Sequence record: AP017925.1
Direction: 5' to 3' (one strand)
Length of the DNA: 64,000 nucleotides
Shown here one piece after another: positions 38,196-48,634 of this stretch (position 1 is its first letter; each line of letters opens with the position of its first letter). Under the pieces are notes generated by a model. That model was not told the DNA's origin. It made no database searches and worked only from the letters and a program-made list of their open reading frames with translations. The position numbers and the translations under genes were made by a program.

Positions 38196-38795
38196 TTATC
38201 GGGTGTTATGTTCGCCGAAGAAGGTGTACAAGCTGGTCACCATGTCGACGAAACCGCCGGGATGAGACAGCCACTTCGCGATTACGTTGTGCAGGTTAGC
38301 CGTCGTCTCGTGCTGATGACGGAAGCTATAACCAGTCGGCAACATTGCCAGCAGCACTTCATCGTAATCCGGTTTATCACTCGGATCGTTCGAACCCGGC
38401 CCGATCAAACGCTCCCACATCCCTACCGGCATGTGGCGCTTACCGGTTACGATGAACCGGATAGTGTCAGTGATGAAGTCGGCATGTGTTTGCGTGATCA
38501 GCGGAGAGGCTTGGTTGATGCGCGCCCACTCGGTGAAGTTGTTGACGCCGAAAGCACGCAGAGCAATCTTGATCGCGCGCTCACGGAACTCGAAGTCGGT
38601 ATGGATCACCTGACGACGGATCATCTGGTTGTAGATTTCCACCACCGACTCATCCGCCACAACGTGCTTGATGGCTTCGGGACTCAGATCGAAGACCGAA
38701 AGGATCGGACGAGCCCGCCACGTCTGGTAGGTCTCGCTCGCCATGGCCTTCGAACCGAAGAAGCCTCGCACGTACAGTTTGAGGTCATCACGCAT
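38196..38795 (-). CDS. conserved hypothetical/virion protein (phiKZ gp91-like position)
   Basis: 199-aa ORF in the structural operon. Confidence 0.7.
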   Translation of the reverse strand: MRDDLKLYVRGFFGSKAMASETYQTWRARPILSVFDLSPEAIKHVVADESVVEIYNQMIRRQVIHTDFEFRERAIKIALRAFGVNNFTEWARINQASPLITQTHADFITDTIRFIVTGKRHMPVGMWERLIGPGSNDPSDKPDYDEVLLAMLPTGYSFRHQHETTANLHNVIAKWLSHPGGFVDMVTSLYTFFGEHNTR

Positions 38796-38798
38796 GGA

Positions 38799-39695
38799 TC
38801 AGTCCTCATTCAGCTCTGCGATCTCACGGGTGAGGTCATCCGTGAGGGATTGCAGATAGGCGATCTCGCGTTCCAGCGCGGGATCTTCTTTGCCTTGACG
38901 GGCACGTTCCAGCTGCATCAGGCGCAGCTTGGCCATTTGCAGCTCGGTTTCTGCTTCCTTGGCCCGGGCGATCTTGGCTTCCACGCGATGCATGCGCAGA
39001 CGACGGATCGGGTTCCAGGCAAAGTTGCTGGTCGAAAACAGGAACGGGTCGATCTTGGTTTCGCCGATCGTGTTCTTCAGGTTGGTGTAGTTGGTATCGT
39101 CAGCCAGGATATCCGGGATCTGGTCCAGACGTTCCACCATGTCACCAGCAGAGCGGGTGATCACTGCGATCGCGTTGCAGTACGGCACCAGGCCTTTCTG
39201 GAACGCTTCGATCTCGTACGGAACGAGATCGGTAGTCGGAATCGCTTCGAGCTTCTTCTCGTCGCGAGCGGCCGCAGTCTCGGTCTTCAGGGCGTAGGTG
39301 AGCAGCTTCGAGGTGTAACGGGCCGAGAAGGTGATCGCGTCGACCAGCTGCACCAGGTTGGCCTTACGATAGTTCAGGCCTTTTGCAGCGATCTTGTCTT
39401 CGAACTCACCAGCCACGATGGCTTCGAGTGCGTCGATGGTGGCTGTGATGTTGCTGATGTTGCCAGCCAGGTAGCCAAAGATACCTTTCCCGCCTTGGCC
39501 TTTGACCACGCCGGAAAAGACTTGTTGCGCACGCTTCATTTCGTCGCCTTTGAACTTGGCGCCGAATGCCTTATCTGCGCTCGCCAGCACGCTGGAAGCA
39601 GCGGTGTACTGGTTGCGGGCAAAACGCAGATCTTCCAGCAGTCCGGATTTGCCGAACATGGAAGCGATTTGTTGAATGTAGGTAGTGATTTTCAT
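38799..39695 (-). CDS. virion structural protein (phiKZ gp90-like)
   Basis: Start MKITTY at 39695; C-terminal coiled coil; synteny. Confidence 0.65.
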   Translation of the reverse strand: MKITTYIQQIASMFGKSGLLEDLRFARNQYTAASSVLASADKAFGAKFKGDEMKRAQQVFSGVVKGQGGKGIFGYLAGNISNITATIDALEAIVAGEFEDKIAAKGLNYRKANLVQLVDAITFSARYTSKLLTYALKTETAAARDEKKLEAIPTTDLVPYEIEAFQKGLVPYCNAIAVITRSAGDMVERLDQIPDILADDTNYTNLKNTIGETKIDPFLFSTSNFAWNPIRRLRMHRVEAKIARAKEAETELQMAKLRLMQLERARQGKEDPALEREIAYLQSLTDDLTREIAELNED

Positions 39696-39776
39696 GTTTT
39701 TACTGAATCGCTCTCTGCGAGACAAAGATGGACGGTACAAACAATAGCGGAGGCCTCAGCCTCCGCCATCACTTGC

Positions 39777-41072
39777 TTACAGGCGCGGAGTCGAACCCGC
39801 GCGGAAGGCGTTGAGGACGTCACCGATGTCCACACCACCACCCTTGCTGGAGGCTTTCAGATCGCGCTCGGACAGCTCGGTGTATTCCGGGATGTCACGG
39901 GTGTACATGCGAACACGGCCCCACTGCTTGTCGATGATGAACATCAGCATGCCGTAGCCTTGCTGAAACAGCTTCTGACGGGTGTTAAAGTCCTTCAGCT
40001 TGCCGTAGATCTTCATCTCCAGCGCTTCGGCCGAAGCCTGCGACATGATGATGATGTTCGATGCGTTGTTGGCCGAGAGGCTGGCCGACAGAGCCGCGGA
40101 CAGGCCATTCTGGCGACGCTTCTGCATCATCTGCAGATAGATGCCGGTTTTGTCGGCACGCAGGTTCTGCTTGTGGGTATCGATCAGATCTTGACAGAAC
40201 ACGAGGTCACGCCAGAAGTCGATACCACCCAGGCGCCACTTCTTGAAACGTGCACCGAAGCTGATGTCTTCCGAGCCGGAGGCCAGGATGTGCACCAGCG
40301 GGGCAGTTGCCATGTACATGGCGTTCAGGCGAATCAGCACCGGAACCTGCACTTCACGATCGTTGTCTTTGATCGTAACGTTGATCATGCGACCAACGCC
40401 CAGGTTCACCGGGTCGCTGATGTCCACGGTCTTGCCGATCGAGGCCGAGGAGCTACCGTTCAGCGTGGAAAGTGCAGCCTGCTTGGCAGCATCTTTCATG
40501 TTGGTCGGAGCGGTCGGTTGCGGGGTGTTCTTGCCAGCGGCTTGTTGGCCCTTGACCTTGAACTGGTCATTCGATTCCAGAGCCGGCGTGGCTTCAACAT
40601 TGGAAGCACGTTCAGCAGAAGCTTCGGCGTCTTTCAAGACGGCTTCTTCGAGTTCTTTGATCTCGGCCGGCAGTTCGCGGACTTCACCGTCAACTACGAG
40701 GCGATCATCGAACTCTTCGAGGGCCGCGGAAGCGATGCTGCCGAGGCTGCTTACGGCTGCGCCGGTCGGCGAACGACGCGTCGAAAACTTGTCCAGACGT
40801 TGCAGAACACTGGCATTGCCAATGCTAATGTTGTGCATTGAAAATGCCCGCAGGTAATAACCTGCGAAGACCGATTGTGCGAGCTGGAGCGTATCCGGCA
40901 GCAGGTCCGAGCTGCGCAGATCTTCGTCAACCAGAGCAGTGGGCTCGACGGTGCCTGCCTGGGCATATCCCACCAACGAATCACCGTTGGGCAGGTCGGC
41001 CAGCATCTTGAAGCCATGCTCGATGGCGGCGCCAGCCACCTTCATTCCAGCGGCTGCTGCAAGAGTATTCAT
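39777..41072 (-). CDS. virion structural head protein (phiKZ gp89-like)
   Basis: 431 aa; internal ALEE and ALES motifs; divergent from the next gene; synteny. Confidence 0.65.
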   Translation of the reverse strand: MNTLAAAAGMKVAGAAIEHGFKMLADLPNGDSLVGYAQAGTVEPTALVDEDLRSSDLLPDTLQLAQSVFAGYYLRAFSMHNISIGNASVLQRLDKFSTRRSPTGAAVSSLGSIASAALEEFDDRLVVDGEVRELPAEIKELEEAVLKDAEASAERASNVEATPALESNDQFKVKGQQAAGKNTPQPTAPTNMKDAAKQAALSTLNGSSSASIGKTVDISDPVNLGVGRMINVTIKDNDREVQVPVLIRLNAMYMATAPLVHILASGSEDISFGARFKKWRLGGIDFWRDLVFCQDLIDTHKQNLRADKTGIYLQMMQKRRQNGLSAALSASLSANNASNIIIMSQASAEALEMKIYGKLKDFNTRQKLFQQGYGMLMFIIDKQWGRVRMYTRDIPEYTELSERDLKASSKGGGVDIGDVLNAFRAGSTPRL

Positions 41073-41102
41073 TTTTTGATTCCCAGAAAAGAAGGATTTA
41101 CG

Positions 41103-42260
41103 ATGTCGAATATGTTTACTGATGTCTGGGGCAGAACCTTTACCCAGGGCGGAACGGTAAACGGCGTGGAGGACGTTTGGGCGCGCAGCGCTATTGGCAA
41201 TCCTGGTGTTGCAGTTACTGAAACCCTGTACGGTCTAAACCACCGGAGTCTCGCTAACAGTATTCCCATTAATAAGGACTACTATGGCTTGGCGTTCTTC
41301 ACCCGACCGGATTTGCGCTTCACCAACGATAACTTGTTGAAGCTGCGCAAATTCGTTCCGATGCTCACCACACGAGAAGCCTCGTTGCCGCGCGCCATCC
41401 GCGCCATGCTGGATTTTCGCCACAACACTCATAATGAAGAGAGCTACAATTGTAGCCTGATTGATCCGAAGCAGGCGTTTATTCCTCTTCTGACCAATCA
41501 GCTCGTCAGTATGTCTGGTTGGCCGGATCTCGAATTGCCCACCTACACCAGTGAAGCCGGGGTGTATGGTGAGATGTTTTCTTTTGCCGATGGTATTTCC
41601 GAGGTCTATCGGACTTGGGACATGACGGCAAATTTCCGCAATATCCCAGGTGACCCGATCACCTCGATGTTCTACTACTGGTTGATGTATGCCCAAGCGG
41701 TCTTCGAAGGAACGCTCACACCGTATGCGGACAACGTTGCAGAAAACACTATCGACTACCAGACTCGGATTTACCGGGTGGTTCTGGATTCGACCAAACG
41801 CTTTGTTCAAAAGATTGCGTGTACTGGCGCATCATTCCCTACGTCTGTACCGATGGGGATGTCGTTCAACTTCGAGACCGACACACCAATCAACCGCCTT
41901 GATCAGATTCCGATCAGCTTCCGCTGCATCGGCGCTGAGTATCTGGATGACATGATCATCCATGATTTCAATGCGGCCGTCTGTTTCGCTAACAACGACA
42001 TGTTCGATGATCAGCGCCAAGGAGCGGGGTTGGTGAAGGTGCCGTACGAGTACATCTTCCTCTTTAACCATCTCGGCTATCCGCGCATTAATGCAAACAC
42101 ATTCGAGCTGGAGTGGTGGGTCTACAACAACACGTTCCAGGAACTGACCGGTGGTAGCAGCAATACCTCGGATACGGTGAACTTCAACCCGGACGCTGTG
42201 GATGCAGGTGACCTGAACACGTACACCGGCAATATTCCAATTAACGGCGTGAAACGATAA
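41103..42260 (+). CDS. virion structural protein, tail-tube-like baseplate component (phiKZ gp88-like)
   Basis: Start MSNMF at 41103; tube-fold-like pattern (FRNIPGDPI..F..W....FP); synteny. Confidence 0.6.
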   Translation: MSNMFTDVWGRTFTQGGTVNGVEDVWARSAIGNPGVAVTETLYGLNHRSLANSIPINKDYYGLAFFTRPDLRFTNDNLLKLRKFVPMLTTREASLPRAIRAMLDFRHNTHNEESYNCSLIDPKQAFIPLLTNQLVSMSGWPDLELPTYTSEAGVYGEMFSFADGISEVYRTWDMTANFRNIPGDPITSMFYYWLMYAQAVFEGTLTPYADNVAENTIDYQTRIYRVVLDSTKRFVQKIACTGASFPTSVPMGMSFNFETDTPINRLDQIPISFRCIGAEYLDDMIIHDFNAAVCFANNDMFDDQRQGAGLVKVPYEYIFLFNHLGYPRINANTFELEWWVYNNTFQELTGGSSNTSDTVNFNPDAVDAGDLNTYTGNIPINGVKR

Positions 42261-42271
42261 AGCTACTCAAC

Positions 42272-45199
42272 ATGTCCACTCTTACAGATCTCAAAGCGAA
42301 CATCGATTCGTTCCGCTATAACCCGACCAAGATTCAAGGTGCTGTTCTGCGGATGGTTCGTGACGTCTCTGCTGGTAAGCTCGACATCGTCGATCCCAGC
42401 AACCCCTTCGTCTTTCTGGTTGAAGCTTCCGCTACGGTCGGCGCTTCGATCATGACCGAAAGTGCTACTAACAACCGCAAGCAATATGCACAGGTAGCGC
42501 AAACCGTACAAGACCTGTATCGCCACATGCACTACGGTGACTTCAATGACATCTTCGCTCTGCCGTCGAAGGCTGGCTTTGTCATGGGGTTCAACAAAGA
42601 TGAACTGATCGCTCGTATGGTGCAGATGCCTGATGGCGATATCCGCAAGATCGTGATTCCGCGCAACACTACGGTCTCGATCGCCGGCACGCTGTTTAGC
42701 TTGCAGTATCCGATCGAAGTGCGTCAGCTCGCGCACGGTGGCTTGCAAGTGGTTTACGATACGTCGAAGACCACGCCTTTGAAAAACATCGACACCAACG
42801 TAATCGAATGGCAATCGATGCGGCAGGCCGATGGTTCGGAGATGATTCTGTTCCCGGTAATTCTGGACCAGTTCAATATCATCACGCAAAGTGACGTAGT
42901 GAATGGTGCACAGAAGTTCTCGCTGTCGACTACGATCTCCGATCAGTTCTACTTCTGTCGCGTGTGGCAAGAAACCACCAATGGCTGGGTTGAACTGCCG
43001 ACTACCTATAGCCAAGACATCTACAGCAACAATGGCCCGGTTGCCATTGTAAAGGTTGTGGATCAACAGGTGACGGTCGAGATCCCGATCGTGTTTGTCA
43101 AGACCGGTCAGATCTCCGGCAAGGTGCGGATGGATGTCTACCAGACCAAAGGCCCGATCAGCCAAGACTTGGGAGGCTTTGATCCGAAGCAGTTCACGAT
43201 CAACTGGTTGGCTATCGACAAGAACGAGCAAGACCAGTACGTGTCTCCGCTCAAGGCTATGACGACTGCTGTTGTGTATTCCAGCGCGATGACTACCGGT
43301 GGTCGCAATGCCATGACTTTCGATGAGTTGAAGGACCGCGTGATCCAGAATGCTTTCGGCCCGACCATCCTGCCGATCACGCCAGCTCAAGCGCAGAAGA
43401 AGTTGGAGCGTAACGGCTACAACATCGTGAAGAACTTGGACCACGTAACGGATCGTATCTTCGCTGCTACACGTCCGATGCCTGATCCGAAAGATGTGGA
43501 GCTGATCACGCCTGCTTCGGCTGGCATCCACACGCTGACTGAAACCATGGAGCATCTCGGCATGCTCTCGACGTCTTACGTGAATAACCAGAGTCTGACT
43601 TTGGGGCCGAAGACACTGTACCGTGTGGATCAGGGAGTGCTGAAGGTGGTATCGGATTCAGAAGTTGCTCTGCTGAATTCGCTACCGGGTGACAAGAAGG
43701 CTGTGGTGATCACGGAAGGCTCGTACTTCTACTCGCCCTTCCACTACGTGTTCGATGCGACTAGCAGCACGTTTGTGTCGCGTTCCTACTATCTGGATTC
43801 TCCGAAGATCAACGCGCGTAGCTTCATCGCGGAGAATGGCACCACCTCGTTGCAAGTCAGCACCAGTAGCGCACAAATCGCACGTACGCCTTCTGGTTGG
43901 CAGCTCACCGTCACCACCAACTCGTCGCAGGAGTGGAAGGATCTCGACGATGAAAAAACCCACATCACCTTGGCGTACCAGCCGGACCGCTCTGGCGACT
44001 ATGCCTACACGCTGGGCACTTTGCTTGGCAAGACAACCGCGGGCGAGCGGGTGTACCAGTTCGACATCAAGACCAGTTATGACATCGACGCGAACAACGC
44101 GATGCAATTGACCAACTTCATGATGTACGAACAGTCGCAACAGTTCCTGCGCACGCCGCTGGAACAGAATTTCGAGTTGTTCTATTCGGTTTCTTCGCCG
44201 ATGCCGAGCACTTGGACTGCGACGACCTTCGATCCGCTGATTGGTACGTTCCTTCTGCCTTTTGGTAGCGTCGGCGTGTCTCGTGAACGTCTGGATGTGA
44301 TTCTGGGTTATTCCCTGAGTAACCTCTGGACACGTGGCCGCACTGTGGTGGGTGAGCAGGACTACGCGAAGTGGGAAGTGGATGTTCAGGCGACGTACGA
44401 AAAGGATGTCTACCAAGCTGATCCGGTAACGGGCGCTGCTTTCACTGTGGTCAATGGCGTGCTGACCTACAACAAGCTGCATTCGGCTGGTGACCTCGTG
44501 TTCACGGGTCCGAACAACGACGTTCCGGTGATCAAGTACGCCAAGGGCTCGATCAAGAAGGATGCCTACGGTAATCCGATCGTGGTTGGTGGGCGTAAGC
44601 TCATGCGCCAGATCGATCTGTTCCTGTTGGAAGCACCGTATTATTTCGCGACCAACAAGGCAGCTACCGATTATCGTACGCAATTGGTGGACACGATCGT
44701 GCAATGGATTGCTGATGACCTCAAGGACATTAGCAAGATGTTGCTGGACAAGACCAACATCTACTTCTATCCGGTGCAGAACGTCGGCTCGGTGGATGTG
44801 ATTTACGGTGCAGGTCTTAAGTCCACGATCGATGCCGGTCAATACTTCAACCTGAAGCTGTACGTGAAGGACTCGGTCTACAAGAACGACAAGCTCCGTG
44901 AATCGCTCTCCCGTTCGTCGGTGGTGTCGATCTCCGAGTGCTTGAAGTCGAAGACCGTGTCGAACTCGCAGATCGTCGATGCCTTGAAGATCACCTATGG
45001 CAGCGATGTGGTGGCGTTCGATCTGGAAGGGCTGGGTGGTACGGCACAACTCTCCATCGTCACGATGGTAGATGACTCTGCTCGTCTGACGCTTCGTAAG
45101 AAGCTGGAGTATCGTCCGGACCAGACGTTTGCGTTGCGTGAAGACGTGAACATCGAGTTCGTGGCAGCAGAACGCGCAGGCGTGACGCTGGACGCGTAA
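42272..45199 (+). CDS. large virion protein, probable baseplate wedge (phiKZ gp87-like)
   Basis: 975 aa; TTGGRNAMTFDELKDR resembles baseplate J/gp6-type motif; synteny. Confidence 0.65.
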   Translation: MSTLTDLKANIDSFRYNPTKIQGAVLRMVRDVSAGKLDIVDPSNPFVFLVEASATVGASIMTESATNNRKQYAQVAQTVQDLYRHMHYGDFNDIFALPSKAGFVMGFNKDELIARMVQMPDGDIRKIVIPRNTTVSIAGTLFSLQYPIEVRQLAHGGLQVVYDTSKTTPLKNIDTNVIEWQSMRQADGSEMILFPVILDQFNIITQSDVVNGAQKFSLSTTISDQFYFCRVWQETTNGWVELPTTYSQDIYSNNGPVAIVKVVDQQVTVEIPIVFVKTGQISGKVRMDVYQTKGPISQDLGGFDPKQFTINWLAIDKNEQDQYVSPLKAMTTAVVYSSAMTTGGRNAMTFDELKDRVIQNAFGPTILPITPAQAQKKLERNGYNIVKNLDHVTDRIFAATRPMPDPKDVELITPASAGIHTLTETMEHLGMLSTSYVNNQSLTLGPKTLYRVDQGVLKVVSDSEVALLNSLPGDKKAVVITEGSYFYSPFHYVFDATSSTFVSRSYYLDSPKINARSFIAENGTTSLQVSTSSAQIARTPSGWQLTVTTNSSQEWKDLDDEKTHITLAYQPDRSGDYAYTLGTLLGKTTAGERVYQFDIKTSYDIDANNAMQLTNFMMYEQSQQFLRTPLEQNFELFYSVSSPMPSTWTATTFDPLIGTFLLPFGSVGVSRERLDVILGYSLSNLWTRGRTVVGEQDYAKWEVDVQATYEKDVYQADPVTGAAFTVVNGVLTYNKLHSAGDLVFTGPNNDVPVIKYAKGSIKKDAYGNPIVVGGRKLMRQIDLFLLEAPYYFATNKAATDYRTQLVDTIVQWIADDLKDISKMLLDKTNIYFYPVQNVGSVDVIYGAGLKSTIDAGQYFNLKLYVKDSVYKNDKLRESLSRSSVVSISECLKSKTVSNSQIVDALKITYGSDVVAFDLEGLGGTAQLSIVTMVDDSARLTLRKKLEYRPDQTFALREDVNIEFVAAERAGVTLDA

Positions 45200-45202
45200 T
45201 TG

Positions 45203-45247
45203 CGGCATAGGAGCCAGGAGGGTTACCCCTCCTGGCTTTTTATGCTG
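45203..45247. terminator. bidirectional GCATAG-hairpin-TTATGC element
   Basis: AGCCAGGAGG-GTTACC-CCTCCTGGCT between convergent genes. Confidence 0.8.
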
Positions 45248-45257
45248 TTAAGTCACG

Positions 45258-46718
45258 TTACATGGAGAACACCAGATTGATGTCGTGCTCTGCCACGCCC
45301 ATCTCTTTGGCTTTTTCCAGCACTTGTTTCTTGACACCATTCCGGATGATGGTATCCAGCTGTTCGCGGGTGGCTTTGATGCCCTTCACGAAGTTCACCA
45401 GTTGACTGATGGCCGTGTAGGAGAATGCGATGCGTTGCGTAGCCGGGACGATCACGGACCGGTTGAAGTCCTTGATCGCTTCCAGCGCGGCCTTAGCTTG
45501 CGCTTCCTTGTTGGCATCTGGCGTGTAGAGCTGCATCTGGTACAGGTGATGGCTCATCTCATCCATGCTTTCGGAGAAGCGCTTCTGATCGGCCATGTCC
45601 TGATTCAGCAGCTCGGAACCATAGTCGAAGACGGCTTTCATCTTCGGCGAGTTGAGTGCCTCCAGCAGTTGACGGTAATCTTCAACCTTGAAATCCGTGG
45701 AAGTGGTCTTGAACTCGATGATGGCCTTGGCGTGCTTGTCAGCCAGTTGCGCTACTTGCTGGAAGCTGTCGTCCTGCGTGATCTTCAGAACACCTTCGTA
45801 GTCCTTGCTACCGATGGCTCGCTCGAAGTCAGCCATCAGAACAATGATCGAAGCAATGCTCTTCTCGTGCGTGCCGATCAGACCCTCGATCTGATCCGGA
45901 TCACCCAGGAACTTCTGCACGAACGGCAGGCGCACCAGAATGGCGTTTAGCTGTGTCGCCATCGCGGACTTGTATGCTTCTGCGCTACCCAGGCTTTGCA
46001 CCACATTGGACAGCTTGGCCAGACGCTCAGCGCGCTGACGGTATTCGTCGGAGTCCTTGTAGTTACCCTTGGTGTGCTCCGGCTGTACTTCGGCCTGCTT
46101 CTGGAGTTCGGTTGCCCGAGTCTTGGCTGCTTCGATGATTTCCTGAGCTTTCTTCTCAGCATCGGCGATTGCCTGACTTGCATCGTTGATTTCCTTCGAT
46201 GCATCTTTGAGAAGTTGCTTGTTCTCGTCGCTAGCGAGACCCTGTGCCTGAGCGCGATCGAAGAGGTTCTTGAACCAGTCGAACACACGCTTGAACATGC
46301 TGGCAACGAACTCTTTGAGCTTCTCCAGAATACCTTGTTTCTTCTGATCCACTTCTTCCAGCGCAACCGATAGCATGGTGCGGCTCGGATGCTTGGTGAA
46401 GAAGGCAATCGGACGCTCATCGTTGAGGAAGCCTGGCATCAGTGCTTCGGCTTCCGTGGCGATGCTTTGGCTCATGCCTTTCTGAGCCTTGATGCTTTCT
46501 TGCAGCAGTTCCAGATCACGGAACTGGACTTCCAGGTTTTCAGCTGCAACAGCGATCAGGTCGATGTCGTCGCGCAGCTCCGGCACTTCACCGTTATCGC
46601 CTTCATCTTTGAATGCGTTGACAACAACAGCGGGTTCCTGTTTGGGTTCCATACTGTCATCGGCCAAGAGGAAATTGTCGTTCAATCCTGCCATGATGGT
46701 ATCTCGTAGTTGATTCAA
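45258..46718 (-). CDS. internal head protein, A/S-x-E processed type
   Basis: Acidic N-terminus, ALEE, then helical ILEKLKEFV segment like the other paralogs. Confidence 0.7.
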   Translation of the reverse strand: MNQLRDTIMAGLNDNFLLADDSMEPKQEPAVVVNAFKDEGDNGEVPELRDDIDLIAVAAENLEVQFRDLELLQESIKAQKGMSQSIATEAEALMPGFLNDERPIAFFTKHPSRTMLSVALEEVDQKKQGILEKLKEFVASMFKRVFDWFKNLFDRAQAQGLASDENKQLLKDASKEINDASQAIADAEKKAQEIIEAAKTRATELQKQAEVQPEHTKGNYKDSDEYRQRAERLAKLSNVVQSLGSAEAYKSAMATQLNAILVRLPFVQKFLGDPDQIEGLIGTHEKSIASIIVLMADFERAIGSKDYEGVLKITQDDSFQQVAQLADKHAKAIIEFKTTSTDFKVEDYRQLLEALNSPKMKAVFDYGSELLNQDMADQKRFSESMDEMSHHLYQMQLYTPDANKEAQAKAALEAIKDFNRSVIVPATQRIAFSYTAISQLVNFVKGIKATREQLDTIIRNGVKKQVLEKAKEMGVAEHDINLVFSM

Positions 46719-46776
46719 TGGAATAAAACCCCAGTGGACGCTTGGCCCACTGGAGTCGTGTATTGCTTGTGCCGTA

Positions 46777-48111
46777 TTAGAACTCGACCACGAGACCCTT
46801 GCCGCGCAGTGCTTTGGCCAGCTGGTCTTTCTGAGTCTGTTCCAGACCAGAGCCGGATTCTGCCACAGCCTTGATGAAGCTGGTCACCAGATCCAGCAAG
46901 GCATTGCCCACAGCATTGATGGAGAGCACAGCATCAGCGCGTACTTTCCACAAGCGCAGAATGTCCTTACCGACGGCAGCGATGCGGCGATAGAGTGCGA
47001 TGATCTTCTGGGCGTAGCTGTTACGCTTTTCTTCCGGCACGTCGTCCGGAATCATCTCCAGCACTTCTTCGATCTTCGTACCTTCGCTGAGCTGAACCAC
47101 GCTACCCACTACGCCAGTCAGGGTATCGATCTGGTTCTTGATGGACACGCGCGAGAAGTCATCAACAGCCTTCGCTACGTTCTGGAAGAGCTTGTCGAGC
47201 GACACGCCCTTGTCATCGCCGTATTCGTCCGAAGCCTGATCATTGATGACCATGCCTTTTTCGAATTCATCCAGCATCTGAGTGGCTTCGTCGATCTTGC
47301 CCAGCGCAATCATGAACTGCTCGCCGTTACGGGCTTGCATTGCCATCTGAGCAACCGCTTGTGCCTTTTGCAGGGCTTCGCTGATCGACTTGTTGGCAGA
47401 ATCACTGAAGATGTCTTCCACCGTCACGATGCCCTTGGCCAGACGGAAGTGCGTGGGGTTGTCGTCCATCATCTTTTCGATGGCTTTAGCGCGTCGCGTC
47501 AGACCGTCGAATTGATTGGCCAGACCCGCTGCGAATTCCTTGGTGTCGCCATCCATGAAGCGAGCCACTTCAGCAGCGGCTTCTTCCGGGTTTTCCGGCA
47601 GCGAGGAAATGTACTGCATCCCGCTGAGGTTGCGGCGCTCGGCCAGGAAATCCTTGATGTCTTGGCCAATGTCCAGCGCTTCTGGTTTGGCGAATTTGGC
47701 TTTCATCCATTCCGCGAAACGTTTGAACAGATCACCCACGAACTTGCGGATCTGCTGGATCATTGCGATCAAGCGATCCTTCACGGCTGTACCAGCTTCG
47801 GCCAGACCTTCGAGCGACGGGCGATGCGTGAACACCGCATGACCGCCAGCCTTTTTCAGGAAGCCAGGAGAGAGCTTGTCCAGTTCGCGAGCAGTCGACA
47901 GGCTGATGCCTTCGCAGGCGATACGGGAACCGATGGATTCCAGCGCTAGGGCAGCATCATCGAGCACATCGAGATCGTCCTGCAGCAGGAACTCGCCAGG
48001 CAGTTCCATATCGGCTTCTTCAGCCTCACTGGCTTTGTCTTCGCAGGAGAGCGGAACGTTGGTGATTTCCAGTTCCGGCTCGTCCTCAACGATGAGGAGT
48101 TTCAGCGACAT
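46777..48111 (-). CDS. internal head protein, A/S-x-E processed type
   Basis: ALES and SLEG motifs; similar in architecture to 45258..46718. Confidence 0.7.
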   Translation of the reverse strand: MSLKLLIVEDEPELEITNVPLSCEDKASEAEEADMELPGEFLLQDDLDVLDDAALALESIGSRIACEGISLSTARELDKLSPGFLKKAGGHAVFTHRPSLEGLAEAGTAVKDRLIAMIQQIRKFVGDLFKRFAEWMKAKFAKPEALDIGQDIKDFLAERRNLSGMQYISSLPENPEEAAAEVARFMDGDTKEFAAGLANQFDGLTRRAKAIEKMMDDNPTHFRLAKGIVTVEDIFSDSANKSISEALQKAQAVAQMAMQARNGEQFMIALGKIDEATQMLDEFEKGMVINDQASDEYGDDKGVSLDKLFQNVAKAVDDFSRVSIKNQIDTLTGVVGSVVQLSEGTKIEEVLEMIPDDVPEEKRNSYAQKIIALYRRIAAVGKDILRLWKVRADAVLSINAVGNALLDLVTSFIKAVAESGSGLEQTQKDQLAKALRGKGLVVEF

Positions 48112-48121
48112 GGCCTACTCC

Positions 48122-48574
48122 TTACGCCGTGGCGAAGTTGTCGGCGATCACGTTGCAGATGTGGGTGTACACCGTGCCGATCGCTTGATTGTTCTTGTTG
48201 GCGAACTCGATCATCTCGGGCGAGAAGAACTTGGGTACGCCGAAGACCGAGCAGAAGAAGTCACCCGGCACTTGATCCATGCGTGGGCACTTGTGCACGG
48301 CTTCGTAGCGCAGCAACCAGAAGCCGCGGGCGAAGTCCAGAGCCAGAGCAGTGTCGAGCACCGACACTTCGTTCAGCGCACTCACAACGCGCTTGGCGAA
48401 CGGTTCTACCGTCATGCGGTAGTGGGTTTCTGCGTCGTCGACTTCCGAGGTCGGCAGAACGGAGTTGCAGGCGCAGGCATAGCCGATAGCGATAGCGGCG
48501 ATGCGGTGACGCTCCTGGACCGGGCCAGAGAGCGACTGCATGACATTCACGAAGGGAAACAGTTTTGCGTTCAT
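48122..48574 (-). CDS. hypothetical protein
   Basis: 150-aa ORF in the structural operon. Confidence 0.75.
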   Translation of the reverse strand: MNAKLFPFVNVMQSLSGPVQERHRIAAIAIGYACACNSVLPTSEVDDAETHYRMTVEPFAKRVVSALNEVSVLDTALALDFARGFWLLRYEAVHKCPRMDQVPGDFFCSVFGVPKFFSPEMIEFANKNNQAIGTVYTHICNVIADNFATA

Positions 48575-48634
48575 GGTGGAGAAGTTTCTCGTAATAGTGG
48601 TAGAAAAGACGAGGGCGCTCGGCCCTCGTTACTT

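Noticed and set aside
31481-40841. + strand ORFs of 436-877 aa opposite the head protein array
   Set aside because: Antisense shadows with no motifs or RBS; the minus-strand genes form a coherent paralog family.
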